From: Chrysomallon squamiferum | Taxonomy: Eukaryota > Animalia > Mollusca | NCBI GenBank assembly: GCA_012295275.1 | Contig: CM022667.1 | Coordinates: 8,184,001-8,248,000 of the forward strand | Reading direction: 5' to 3' | Length of the DNA: 64,000 nucleotides | Part shown: positions 17,773 to 29,331 of the stretch, piece after piece | Numbering within the stretch: position 1 is the first letter of the stretch | Layout: every line of letters starts with the position of its first letter | The notes under the pieces: model-generated | What the model was told of the DNA's origin: nothing | The model's database searches: none | Seen by the model: the letters and a program-made list of their open reading frames with translations, nothing else | Translations under genes and position numbers: made by a program

Positions 17773-20700
17773 CAACAAGAATGACCAATCAGAAATCATG
17801 TATTTTATATCTGCCTGAAACCAAGTTCTGATTGGTTGAGTGAAAAGACACACACAAACACACACCCACACACACACATATATGTATATATATATTTGTT
17901 TTACAAAAGCAGTCTTATAAATGTAACCAATCAGATGTCAGACATGATACATTATGATGCAGTCTGATTGGTTGGTCCCTGCACAAAGAGAAAAAACCCA
18001 TTCATTAAACATCAGTCAGAGATACATTAGAAAACTAATTAAACATGAAACGGTGAAAAGACAAGAAAAATGAATAGAAGTTTTAATCTCTGTAATGTTA
18101 AATATGTGTGACTGACTAAACATGAAACAGTGATGGAAAGTTTTTAAATTACAGTCTGATGAATGTTTGATTAGTTTAACAAATGTTTAAAGAATGAAAA
18201 GGTAAAAAAGTCATGTTACTACAGTGTTTGCTTAATCTGAAATAATAAGAAATTTATTTTTGTTCTTGTAAATACAGAAAAAAAGTATGTAATTTAAGTT
18301 TTTGTTCTTCTTTTCAGTTTACATTATTAATTAGTTCTGTCTTGTTAGGACTTGTATGCCAGGAACTGAGGTGAATATGCCAAACACATTTTGTGAATAC
18401 AAATGGTTTTTTTATTTTTTTATTTTTTTTTTAATCCCTGGATTGTTTAACAATAAAACAACTGTTGTATATGTTGATGTTTAAAACTGTTTTTTTTTTT
18501 TTTTTTTTTTTTTTAAAAGCCAATGTCATTGTCCATATTTCAGGAAGAGTTCTTAAGGACTTCTGTTAAAATGTTATGAATCATTTTTATACAGGTAAAG
18601 GATTTTATAAAATGAAAATGAAATGTTTTGTAATCATAGAAAATAATACTTAATATTATAATTTTAAATAATTTTAACCTGCACAAAACTTGTTGAATGT
18701 TACTTTAATATTATTATTTACAATGTATTGCACTTGTTATCTGAATGTTAATTTTACTGTACCATTCAGAATTTGTTAAATATGACTAGAATATGGAGCA
18801 GAATATTTGTCAAGTTCATTAGTGAAATATTAAGTTATGCCAACAGTTTCAGAACTTTGCTTGGTATTGAAAGAACAATCTGCTTTAATTTATGAATTAA
18901 ATTAATAAACTATGTATATTATCTGGAGCATTATAATTAACACTATTTTCTTTACATGTGTAATATATCATGTATATTTTATAACTGATTATTGCAAAAA
19001 TAAGAAATTTTTGCCTCTATCCGTCCGTGTTTAAACTTTCTAGAAATGCTTTTTGCTAAATAGTTTACATGTCCACACATTTTTGTGACATTTACAAGCA
19101 TTGCGTTTTTTTAAATATATTTTTTATCACAAATAATTTTGTACAGAATTTATTTGCTGTAGTTTATATTATTTTATGAAAATGTTTTGTTATAAAACCT
19201 AAAATACATTTTTAAACTTTGTAATGTGGTTTTGGTGCATTTAGAATTAGTATTGCAATCAAATGTCCATTTTCTAATTAAATTATTATTTGTTTTATTT
19301 AATCAAGATGCATGATTAATATAAAAATATTAATCCTGTTTTACGATACTTCTGTGAGCATTTTTAAAAATTTTATTGGTTTTTTTTAATATTATTCTTA
19401 TTTTGTCTTTATTTGTAGGTAGGTGTTTAATCTTTCATGTTGAAACATAATTTTATTTCTTAAACTAATTTATAAGCAAACCAAATGAAGAAATATTAAT
19501 TAAACATTTACATTAATTAAAATAAAAAGACCTTTGCAATGGCAGCTGCAGCAGTGAGAGGAAAACCAAAAACACTCATCAAACTATTTCATTCTCATCC
19601 GTCCACACTGTAAACTGAAATGGTGATATAAACCAGTAGGAATTGTGCAATGATTGTCATTTTTCAAACAACTCAGTCTGCTTCAGAGGCAACTGGTTTG
19701 TCTCGTGTGATATATGTAATACAAACCGTATTTTATCAGACTGTGTATATATATACAAAAGATAATTTTTTTTTTGTTTATTTCATAAATTGTTACAGAG
19801 TGATGCTCATACTTTTCAGAATAAACATATAGAATTTGCATTGTTTCTTAGTTTTCATACACCATCTTATAGTTGCGTAGTTCCCATAATTTATACATCA
19901 TGTTGTTGAAATGAAAACACTTATCACTAAACTAGTTCCTGAATTTTCTAGTTTGGATCAACAAAGTAAAATATATTTTAGTTAATAAATAAACAACATT
20001 ACGATATAAATGCAAGTTTTCAGTTTCTGGTAAATATAGTGTCATTCCTGGTATTAAACATTTTTAATTTATTAAAATATTTTTATTAAATTATGTTGAT
20101 AGTATATGACATTCCTCAAACAGAACTATAATTTTAATAATAATCACTGATGTTTTATAGCAAATTGCATTATGTACCATACATTCTGAATGACAGTGAT
20201 GAGAGTAAGGTTATCAACATAACAAATTTGTCATTTTGTCAAAAGTATACAAAAGACATTGAAATCAGTATCATCAAATCCATTCTAATTTAAAATAAAA
20301 ATGAAGCATTTTTAATATTAGGTAATTATTTATTATTTATTTATGTATACACTTGTTTGTGAAAAAAAAATAATTAAAAAATTAAAACACAAAAGAATGT
20401 AAGTAAAATAATTTATCAAAAGTCTGCAAATGTTTGAATGTATCAGCAAATATTATAAAAACTTAATTTGGATGCACAAACAATTTGTATATCAGAAATT
20501 TTGATAATTTGACAAAAATATAATACAAGAAATTTCTGTTGATATCAATGTAAAACAAAAGGATGAAATAAAATGCTAACTGAATGATGTAGAGTTAAGG
20601 AGAGAAAAAATAAGTCTCAGCTCTGAATTTCACTTATTATTTTTTGCTGATTTTTACATAACTGGACACTTAGGCAGATGAAGTCAGAATTATCACTTCA

Positions 20701-20822
20701 ACCAAAACAGCGGATGACCTAAGACTGACAACACTGTCACAGTGAAATGATGCAAAAATTCTTTAACCAGTTGACTGGGGTTTTTTTTCGTACTTCCCAA
20801 ATATATTTCTATCTCTTTTTTT

Positions 20823-21578
20823 TCACATGATTGGTTTTGGCTGCTGTGTCGGAAGAATTCCAAATCTCTTCTTAATTGTCACTCTGTGTCTGGAATACTT
20901 GTCATCTGGAGAAAATCTTGATGGGTGAGCAGAAAGTGTCGGCTTCCCCTCATTATCCACTTTCTAAAATGCAGAACAGTAACTAAATAATAATGACCAG
21001 CTTGAATAAAACATCCATAACAGTGAATACGTTATGAAGCAGTGGTGTAATTAACAGATAACGTTAATGCAATCTAACGAATGTTATTAATCTGTAAGTG
21101 TAAGGATGGAACTCCTTCCAATAACCGTAATACAATTATCTCCCCTTAATGGTTCTAGAACTTCCTTTGGGACGTTTTCAGTTTCTTTACGTTTCACCTC
21201 CATGAAATAATTTAAATTTACAAATGAAATCTTTCCCGGTATCAATGAATACATGATAATCAGTGACTGGTCGTCGTACAGAATTATACGCCAGACTGCA
21301 ATGACTAGGAATATTCAATATTCATAACATTACTCATTTACTGAATTTATTCATATTCAGATATTGAAATAACGAAGACCAAGTTGAAGACCAAGTTGAA
21401 GTTAGTAAGTAACAAGTTAGTTATTTTTTCAAAGGAGAAAAACAGATGGAACAAATTTAATATTACAAATTCTTAAAATGATTTAATTATATTATCAAGA
21501 AAGAGAAAAGCTATTTAATTTCACCTTTAGTGTGTACACCCTATCACCATTTTCGTTCAAATAATACATGAGAAACAT
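20823..21578 (-). CDS. NOP10: H/ACA ribonucleoprotein complex subunit 3 (Nop10), 64 aa, two exons
   Basis: Exons 21578-21525 ([18 protein letters not shown]) and 20963-20823 ([46 protein letters not shown]). Classic [13 protein letters not shown] motif and GT/AG intron. Confidence 0.97.
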
Positions 21579-21759
21579 TTTCACAGATCTTTTCCACGTT
21601 TTCCTTCTCTAGACTGATTCTATTTTTTCTGAAAGCGAAAAACGCAAAAAGCAGTCTATTATTTGCTTTCGGGAATATTCGTGTAAAGTCGTCAATGACC
21701 TAAAATAAATTCAAATCTGCCCTCTCTCTATATAGGTAAGCAGAAAGGGGATTTCCAGA

Positions 21760-21832
21760 GCCCGCGTAGCTCAGTCGGTAGAGCATCAGACTTTTAATCT
21801 GAGGGTCTAGGGTTCGAGTCCCTACGTGGGCG
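21760..21832 (+). tRNA. tRNA-Lys (anticodon TTT)
   Basis: 73 nt GCCCGCGTAGCTCAGTCGGTAGAGCATCAGACTTTTAATCTGAGGGTCTAGGGTTCGAGTCCCTACGTGGGCG. Acceptor stem GCCCGCG/CGTGGGC, anticodon stem TCAGA/TCTGA, A and B boxes present, TATATA at 21729-21734. Confidence 0.97.
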
Positions 21833-21833
21833 C

Positions 21834-21856
21834 TTTCCTTTTTCATTTTTTTTTTT
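21834..21856 (+). terminator. Pol III oligo-T terminator of tRNA-Lys
   Basis: TTTTT and a long T run immediately downstream of the tRNA. Confidence 0.8.
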
Positions 21857-22821
21857 GTTATATCTTTAGATTTCTTTGCAGCAAATTCATAATTACCAGT
21901 TTTGACCAGATTTATTACGATTATATTACACATGTATTTCGAGGATTTGCAGTGAAGGACAATTTCTGTATTTTCAACAAATGAACACATATCGCAGCGT
22001 ATATATATATATATCGTGCTGTATATATGGATATTTCTACAGCTGTAAAATAAATATTTTATCCCATAGTCATTCAGTTTCAAATTAAACCATTAAAATT
22101 AATTTTATTTATTAACAAGCATAACATGACATCTACCTGAGATAAAAATTAGAAATGCTTAAAAGAATGGGAGACTGAGTGCAAAGGATAAAAGGAACGG
22201 ATCTTCAATGTAGTTAAGTCAAATTTTTTATTAATACATGTTGTGTGCGAGCGCAGACACATTTATATATTTAAGTTATAAAATTAGCTTTCAAAATGAA
22301 TAATGATTGTGGTGATCGTTATTAAAAATGTTCGCGTTACTTTATATAGAGAAAATCGTTTCTGCTAATGGAAATTGTATGTTGGACTTTTTTTCTTATG
22401 CAAAACTAAGGTTTACATATAATGATGTTATAATGTTAGTCATGGCATGTCGTAATAAATGTACGATTGCTATGTGTTTAATTTTAATTTTCTTATTTAC
22501 TTACTTATTTATGTATTTATTATTATACAGAGTTACTTGTATTTCCAAATCAGCAAGATTACTATAGTTACGTTAAAAACAGTATGTATTTTTAATTGCT
22601 GTAGATGTAATTTTTGCTGCATAATTATTAAATTTACATTGTTAAAATAATATCGTTATTTGAAAACAAAAAAATATTAACTGCAGCCAGTTTGTCGATT
22701 TTTGATAAAATAGTGATATATATATATATATATAAGTAAATCAAGAACATTTAGTTTTTCCAAATATTTATTAATTATTAAAGAAATGGCAATCGATGGA
22801 AAATAAATACAAAAAGTGTGA

Positions 22822-22907
22822 AATCGATAAATTCACAAAGTGTGACTTCACAAAGTGTGACTATTCTAAAAATCGATAAATTCACAAAGTGTGACTATTC
22901 TAAAAAT
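22822..22907. repeat. Short local duplication (aaatcgataaattcacaaagtgtgact... x2, with an extra tcacaaagtgtgact)
   Basis: Direct repeat visible; the core tcacaaagtgtga is quasi-palindromic. Confidence 0.75.
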
Positions 22908-23376
22908 GGAATATGTTTAAACCGCCATATTCCCTGGATGCCTTTCTTTGTCGTGTTTTTATTTTTAATTACTTGAATATTAAACACAAACGTGAACCGC
23001 ATCCAGGTAACACTGACAACTGAATTCAGACTTTCCTCTTCGATTCAGATGTCCTTTCAACAGAGCGATTGGAATTTCACTGTTTTAACATTTATTTTTA
23101 TCGTGTTTTTGAAACAGTTTTGAAATGTTGATTTGTAATTAACAGTTAATTTCTGCTGCATATGTTCGTCTGTGCTACTAAATTATAATTATCACTCCTC
23201 CTGCTTCAACAGCTACTGCTACAACTACAGTCTGTATCGGAAATGCCTACTGGTATACATCTACAAGACACAAACACACACACGCACGCACACAAAGAAA
23301 ACCAGTATGAAAACGGGTGCGAGTGCACTCACTCACGCACACATACACAAACAGAAACCCACACATACATCCACAG

Positions 23377-24144
23377 TTAGTTTGCAGTCACAGCGTTGCT
23401 AAATTCATGTTGATCAGTTATTTTTTGTCGTCTTCGTAAAACGATACAAAAGCCAAAAGCACTCAACAGGGACACGTAGGCGACACCTGCAGCAGTTAAG
23501 CCAAGAGCTAGGAAAAGTTTAGAATTCGAGTTTTTACTGCACAGCTTATTTTCAGCTATTTCTTTTAGCTGTAAGCCTCTCAATTGTTCGGGAGACCCGC
23601 AGGTGATGTTAGCAACATTTTCTATCGCCGTGTGACTGTCGTGGCTTTCAGAAACCCATTCTTTAACCCATTTAATGTTACAGTCACATGACCAGGGGTT
23701 ATTATAAATGGTTGCACGCTGGAGTGAATCAAACATGCGTTTGGCACGAAGAGGCAAAGTTTGGAGTTCGTTGTTATGTATGAACAAAGAATGGACGACA
23801 GGAAGAGCTTTTTTGTCGAGAACGTTCACATCAAGATGTGTTATTTCGTTGAAACTGAAATCCAGTATGGCAGCCTCAGTGAAGTATGATCTGTAAGGTA
23901 TCGTTTTCAGATCGTTTTCCGAAAATATTAAATGTAGTTTGTAACCGCGGCAACTGGGAACCACCTCTGGAAGGTCTGTCATCTTATTGCGCGCGCAGTC
24001 GACTTTTATTAGGTCAGACACAGAACACGTGCAAGACAGTGGGCATGACGTAGAACTAACGTCACAGGTAGAACCGCCACTGCGAAGTGGAAACATGAAG
24101 ATGAAAGTAACTGTTATTTCTACAACATGCCAGCTTCTATTCAT
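23377..24144 (-). CDS. Single-coding-exon LRR transmembrane protein (signal peptide, LRRNT, ~3-4 LRRs, LRRCT, TM, short tail)
   Basis: 255-aa ORF: hydrophobic N-terminus, CPLSCTC...VDC (LRRNT), LxxLxLxxN-type repeats, NNPWSCDCNIKW...ITCGSP...C (LRRCT), TM LFLALGLTAAGVAYVSLLSAFGFCIVL, then RRRQK. A possible 5'UTR exon donor (GTAAGT) lies near 24833. Confidence 0.88.
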   Translation of the reverse strand: MNRSWHVVEITVTFIFMFPLRSGGSTCDVSSTSCPLSCTCSVSDLIKVDCARNKMTDLPEVVPSCRGYKLHLIFSENDLKTIPYRSYFTEAAILDFSFNEITHLDVNVLDKKALPVVHSLFIHNNELQTLPLRAKRMFDSLQRATIYNNPWSCDCNIKWVKEWVSESHDSHTAIENVANITCGSPEQLRGLQLKEIAENKLCSKNSNSKLFLALGLTAAGVAYVSLLSAFGFCIVLRRRQKITDQHEFSNAVTAN

Positions 24145-24622
24145 CGTGTCATAATGCTTTGTGTTTACGAAAAGAAATATTTCCTCATTCTTTTTCTCTA
24201 TTTGTATATGTTGTTGTTCAGATTATCCATAAACACCTTCATATCTGATCCAAACCTTCGTCTTCTTTTTCATCATTTTATCAAAGGCCTTCATAAAAGA
24301 AAACATTAATTAATAAATAATTAAAAGACTGAATAAATAATAAGGAATCTGCTTTAGAAACAAAGGGAGAAGAGAATACGAGATTCCTTCACATGCCACT
24401 CAAACACAGTCAATAACATACAATAAACATAAACATACTTGTGTATATATTATGTATGTGTGCGTGTCTAAAGGTGTGTATATAAGTGCTTGTGTGCGTG
24501 TGATGTTTTAAAAAATCCAGCGACATCTGTGAATATTTAATTCGATGAAGAAAATGATTATGAACAAAGAGACATACAAAGAAATATTTTATACACAAAT
24601 TTATGAATTATTGTTACATACT

Positions 24623-24789
24623 GTTCGTGAACTGTAGTGTTACATTCGTAAATTACTATTACGTTCCTGAACTGTAGTGTTATAATTTGTAAATTATTAT
24701 TACGTTCCTGAATTGTAGCGTTACATTTGTAAATTACTATTACATTCCTGAACTGTAATGTTACACTTGTAAATTACTATTACGTTCCT
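24623..24789. repeat. Minisatellite, ~40-41-bp unit x4 (gaactgtagtgttacatttgtaaattactattacgttcct)
   Basis: Four near-identical copies read directly. Confidence 0.9.
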
Positions 24790-25510
24790 TAGTTAAACTG
24801 TCATATGTTCAGGTTTAATAGAAGACTACTTACCCGGTATCTTCTCCAGATGAATCAGCTTGGCAGTTTCGGATATAATTATTACGTTTATTTGATAATT
24901 TTAGATTATTTTTTAGATTCCCTATTTACGTGTGCATACAGATTACATTGCCTAAACGAGCCCATGTAATCGAGAAAAATAAATATTTTTTTTATATTTA
25001 AACATTACTTATAATAATAATAACGTCTGTGTTATATTCTGTTATTATGTCTAACAACTAGCAATATATTTCAGATCAATACAAGTGTCAAAACATTCTC
25101 TGTTTGTGTCTCTGTAACCATGGAGCCATCGATTCATTGTCAAAGAGTTCATCTGCATTTTTTCCTTTCCATTTTTTTTTTTTTTTTCACTGTTATTATT
25201 TATTTATTATTTGTGTATTTTGCCGTGAATAAAAGTAGGTAACCCCCTGGGATCTGCCTCACCCTCAACGTCATTTTTCACGGTGTAATAACAATTAGAC
25301 GTTCTATTAACATATCTCTCTTTTCGTGTGCATAGTATATTATCTCTAATTTTTTTCTTGTGTTGTTGTTGCTGTTGTTTGTATAGGTGTGACTGGTACA
25401 TATGTGTGCATTGTGCGTGTGAGTTTATGGTTGTACGCACATTGATATAATTATGAAATTAAATTAAATTTTAAAGAAACTATTTATTCATCAAAGAAAG
25501 TATTTTAAGC

Positions 25511-25604
<94 letters not shown>
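25511..25604. repeat. (TAA)n immediately followed by (TTA)n, a palindromic microsatellite
   Basis: Direct reading. Confidence 0.9.
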
Positions 25605-25605
<1 letters not shown>

Positions 25606-25719
25606 TCAGTCATCGTTGTCGTCTAAATTATTAGCAGTATTTATTTATTTATTTATTTGACATGTTCATTTGGAAATTATTATCATTTTCTCTCTCTCTC
25701 TATATATATAGATAGACAA

Positions 25720-25752
<33 letters not shown>

Positions 25753-26417
25753 TAGATAGATAGATTTCTGCAATTATAACCACTAAAAAATTACTAGTTG
25801 TAAATTAAAGGTACAGTTGTGTACATTAAACACACATATCTAAGACGACCGAGTTTTATTTATAACCTGAGGAGCCTCGTTTTCATTTCAAATGGGATTT
25901 CCCCTGACGTGAAACGTTTATCTCGGATTTTTGTCTTAGATTTCGTTAACTTTCGCACGATCTTAAGCGTAAGTAACCGGTTACTGAAGTTTTTGGTGAA
26001 TCACGTTCTGCATCACCTACGACTGCCAAATAAAAAGTGAAAAAAAGGGAGTCTAAATTTCAACAAGTAAAAAGGTCAAACGTCTGTTAACAAATGTCAG
26101 AGTTTCGGTCGCATTAAACAATTTACGTCGGAGTTTTAGAAACTGAGAAGAGCGAGACTAAAGGATTAGGAAGTACGGGCCGCTAGTTTGCACTTTTTTT
26201 TTTTTATCTTTTTGTTTTTTCCAATTTACTTATCCGTTAAAACATTGCCGGTTTAAAACGTAACGTGCCTGTTATTAAAAAAAAAAAAAAAAAAAAAAAG
26301 CTCATTTCTTATTAGCATCAATTCAATCAACTGATTTTATTGATTTTATTATTCAGTGATAAACTTTATTTATTTATTTAGTAAGTTATGTTAAATCGTA
26401 TAATAACATAGTTGAAA

Positions 26418-26448
<31 letters not shown>

Positions 26449-26700
26449 TTTATTCACTTCTAATAAATATCAAAAATGTATGCAATAAAATGAAATGAAA
26501 CTAGCCTAACACACACACACATACTATAAAGTACATGGAGGTGCCTAGATATTTCTTAATCATCTGTAAAAAAAAAAAAAAAAAAAAAAAACTGTATACC
26601 AACGTAGACATCTGATGATTATAACGTAATAAGAGAAGCTAGTATTGTCACATTTTTTCAAAAGTGACGTCTGTTTCCTTTTTTTAGACAGATCACTGAA

Positions 26701-28257
26701 ATGATGAACATTCCAGCAAAGTTTTCAGGTTTGTGCAAGATACACTTCATACAGCAAAACCCTCTAAGGAGATTGATTAACGTGGCTTTTTGGCCGGTGG
26801 ACACGAGTCTCACTTCGGGAAAACAAATGTTAAAATATGAAAATGAAAATAGTAACAGAAAATGCATTGTCAAGCAACGGAATGCTTTAAAACCAACTGA
26901 TATTCGTATTTTCCCAAGCATCTACAATTTCGAAATAGCTAGAAAATATTACCATACTGTTGTGGGAAATTCTCCCTTTATTAATACTGCTGTCAAAAAT
27001 TACAAATGCATCAGCTTTAGAATGAGTATATACGATCTGAGTGAAAAACATTTGTGTGCAAGATTTTCGACCATGTGGCACAGCTTTCCAAACGATTTTT
27101 GTAAAAGAATCACGCAAGTGAATACTCTGAAAGGATTGCGAGTGTGCGAACTCTACTCGACGGATCGTCCCGAGAGCGTGGAGAAGAAACTAATGAAACT
27201 GATGGACATGTGGGAGGTGGAGAAAGCCGTCAGACTGGTGAACGATTCGGTGAAGAACGGAATTATTCCTCACCAGAACATCGTCCTCAACCTCCTCCAG
27301 CAGATAGCCAACCTCGGGGAGTATGAGTGTCTGCTCGAACTGCACTCGTTCCTGCTCGACCACAAGCTCTGCACGGACGTCAAGTTCTTCGAGTGTCTGA
27401 ATCAGGCGTACTGCAACAGCGGCAGGGTGGACGAGGGCGTGCAGGTGCTCAGGCTGATCTACCACAAAACGAGGAAGTTTCAGGACGTCGACGTGTTCTT
27501 CACGCTGCTGACAGTCATGGTGCTGCGTCATTTTCCGGACAGGTTGCAACTGGTGCAGCAGTTCGTGGACGATCTGAAAAATGCCGAGAAGCCCGTGGTG
27601 CTGCCAGAAGCAGCTCTGTGGAAGTGTTTCATGCTGGCTGAGAAATTCGAAGACGCCGAGAACCTGTTACTGAAGAGCGAGGAGATTCAGCCGTACCTAC
27701 CACAGATGGTGTCGGACATTTGTACGAGGAAGAATCAGATCGACTGCAACTACAACGCCATCCTTCCAAGACTTCTTGATGTTCCAAACTTAAAACAAAA
27801 ACTGAGAATCCTGGTGCTGGAGTCTCATGCGTTTAGTCTGTGTAAGTGAAACATAAGCTAGAATTTGTCATTTGAGACATTTAATTTTTAAATTATTATT
27901 ATTCTGATTGTGTTTTTATTTATTTATTTATTATATTTTCTTATTTATTTATTTGTTTGTTTGTATGTGTGTTAGTTTATTTATTTATTTATTATTATAT
28001 TTCTTCTTATTTATTTATTTATTTGTTTGTTTGTGTGTGTGTGTCAATTAATTAATTAATTTATTTATTTATTTTCAGATGAAGCAGGTAAACTAGAAGA
28101 ATGTTTACAGGTTATTAAAACGGCCAAATCAAGGTCGCTGCTGCTCCACCCAGTGAAGGTCAGGCCCCTGCTGCAGGCTGTAGGTGAAAACTGTAACTCG
28201 GAAGAGCAGCAGGCTCTGATAAAGGAACTCACAGTGTGGCTCGACAGTCACGAGTAA
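26701..28257 (+). CDS. Pentatricopeptide-repeat-like helical protein, probably mitochondrial (~439 aa, 2 coding exons)
   Basis: Exon 26701-27841 (donor GTAAGT) plus 28079-28257 (..YEAGKLEECLQVIK...WLDSHE*). PPR-like segments VLNLLQQIANLGEYECLLELH and FFECLNQAYCNSGRVDEGVQVLRLIY; basic, acid-poor N-terminus. Coding status is strong; the family call is tentative. Confidence 0.7.
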
Positions 28258-28522
28258 AACTGTGTTGTAAATAACATTAAGTTGTATCTTTAAAAGTTGT
28301 AAAATCATGATCTTCAAATCAAGTGCTAGTCAGTCTTCTTCCTGGTTTAGTCATTATTATTATTATACAGTCTGTTTCTGGAGTTTGATAAAGTGTATCT
28401 TGTTATTTTTTAAAACATGCATAAACGGTCAATTTTATATTTGATAAATTTTGTATATTTCTGTATGTCTTTTTTGAACTCTAATTTTGCTAACAATAAA
28501 ATATTATTTTATAATAAAAAAA

Positions 28523-28556
<34 letters not shown>

Positions 28557-29331
28557 TATATGATTTTGATCAAAGAAATAAAATATTCTTAGTTTGCTTG
28601 TATCATCACAGACATTTTTAAAAATATTTTAGCATCAGTTTGGGTTGAAGAGTAAGAAAAACTAGAAAAGGAAGATTTATATTTTAACACACTCAACTTT
28701 GTTAAATAGCAGCACAGAGAGAAAACTCTACACACAAAGTATTATTCTTTCTACTTGTACAATTGTCCTGCTAACAGAGCAGCACAGACCACTGACTTTG
28801 ATAACGATTTACTAAATCTGGACAAAACAGTCATTTGATTTACAATGCTGGATGAGATTGGTAAATAATAAAATCTAGAACATTCCTTTCTAGTCAAAGT
28901 CATAATTTCAAGTTCCAAAATCCCCAAATCTTTATCGTTTGGCTTTTTCAGTATTTTTAGTCTCAAGATTTGACTTTCATAATTGTGACACAAATCCTTA
29001 TATATTGTCTGTGAGTGTTTCTGTTTGGTAATCAGTTACACATTTAACACATAATCCAGCTTCTTTATTACAACAACTGAGTATTAAAGGTAGATTATAT
29101 CCTGCCTTAGTAAACACTCAGTACAAAAGAGGCCTCTACAAAGAACTTTTTCACCTCAGCAACATCTTACCTTCAGTTTCTTTCCTCCTTGCAATTACTA
29201 TAATTCAGTTTAAATGTGAATATTACCCTCTCCCTCTCCCCCTCTGTCTGTCTGTCTGTCTGTGTCTGACTCTGATGAACAGAATACCAAAAAAAACAGT
29301 TATCTAAACTGCAATCAGTCCAAAGCAACAA

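Noticed and set aside
20964-21524. Intronic snoRNA in NOP10 (AARS1 introns were also scanned)
   Set aside because: No well-formed C/D pair with terminal stem or two-hairpin H/ACA structure was recognisable by eye; an Infernal/Rfam scan would be needed.
21700-22083. 127-aa minus-strand ORF
   Set aside because: Runs antisense through the tRNA-Lys gene and low-complexity DNA; no protein signal.
27144-27641. Overlapping alternative-frame and antisense ORFs in the PPR-like exon
   Set aside because: Explained by local high GC3 and few stop codons.
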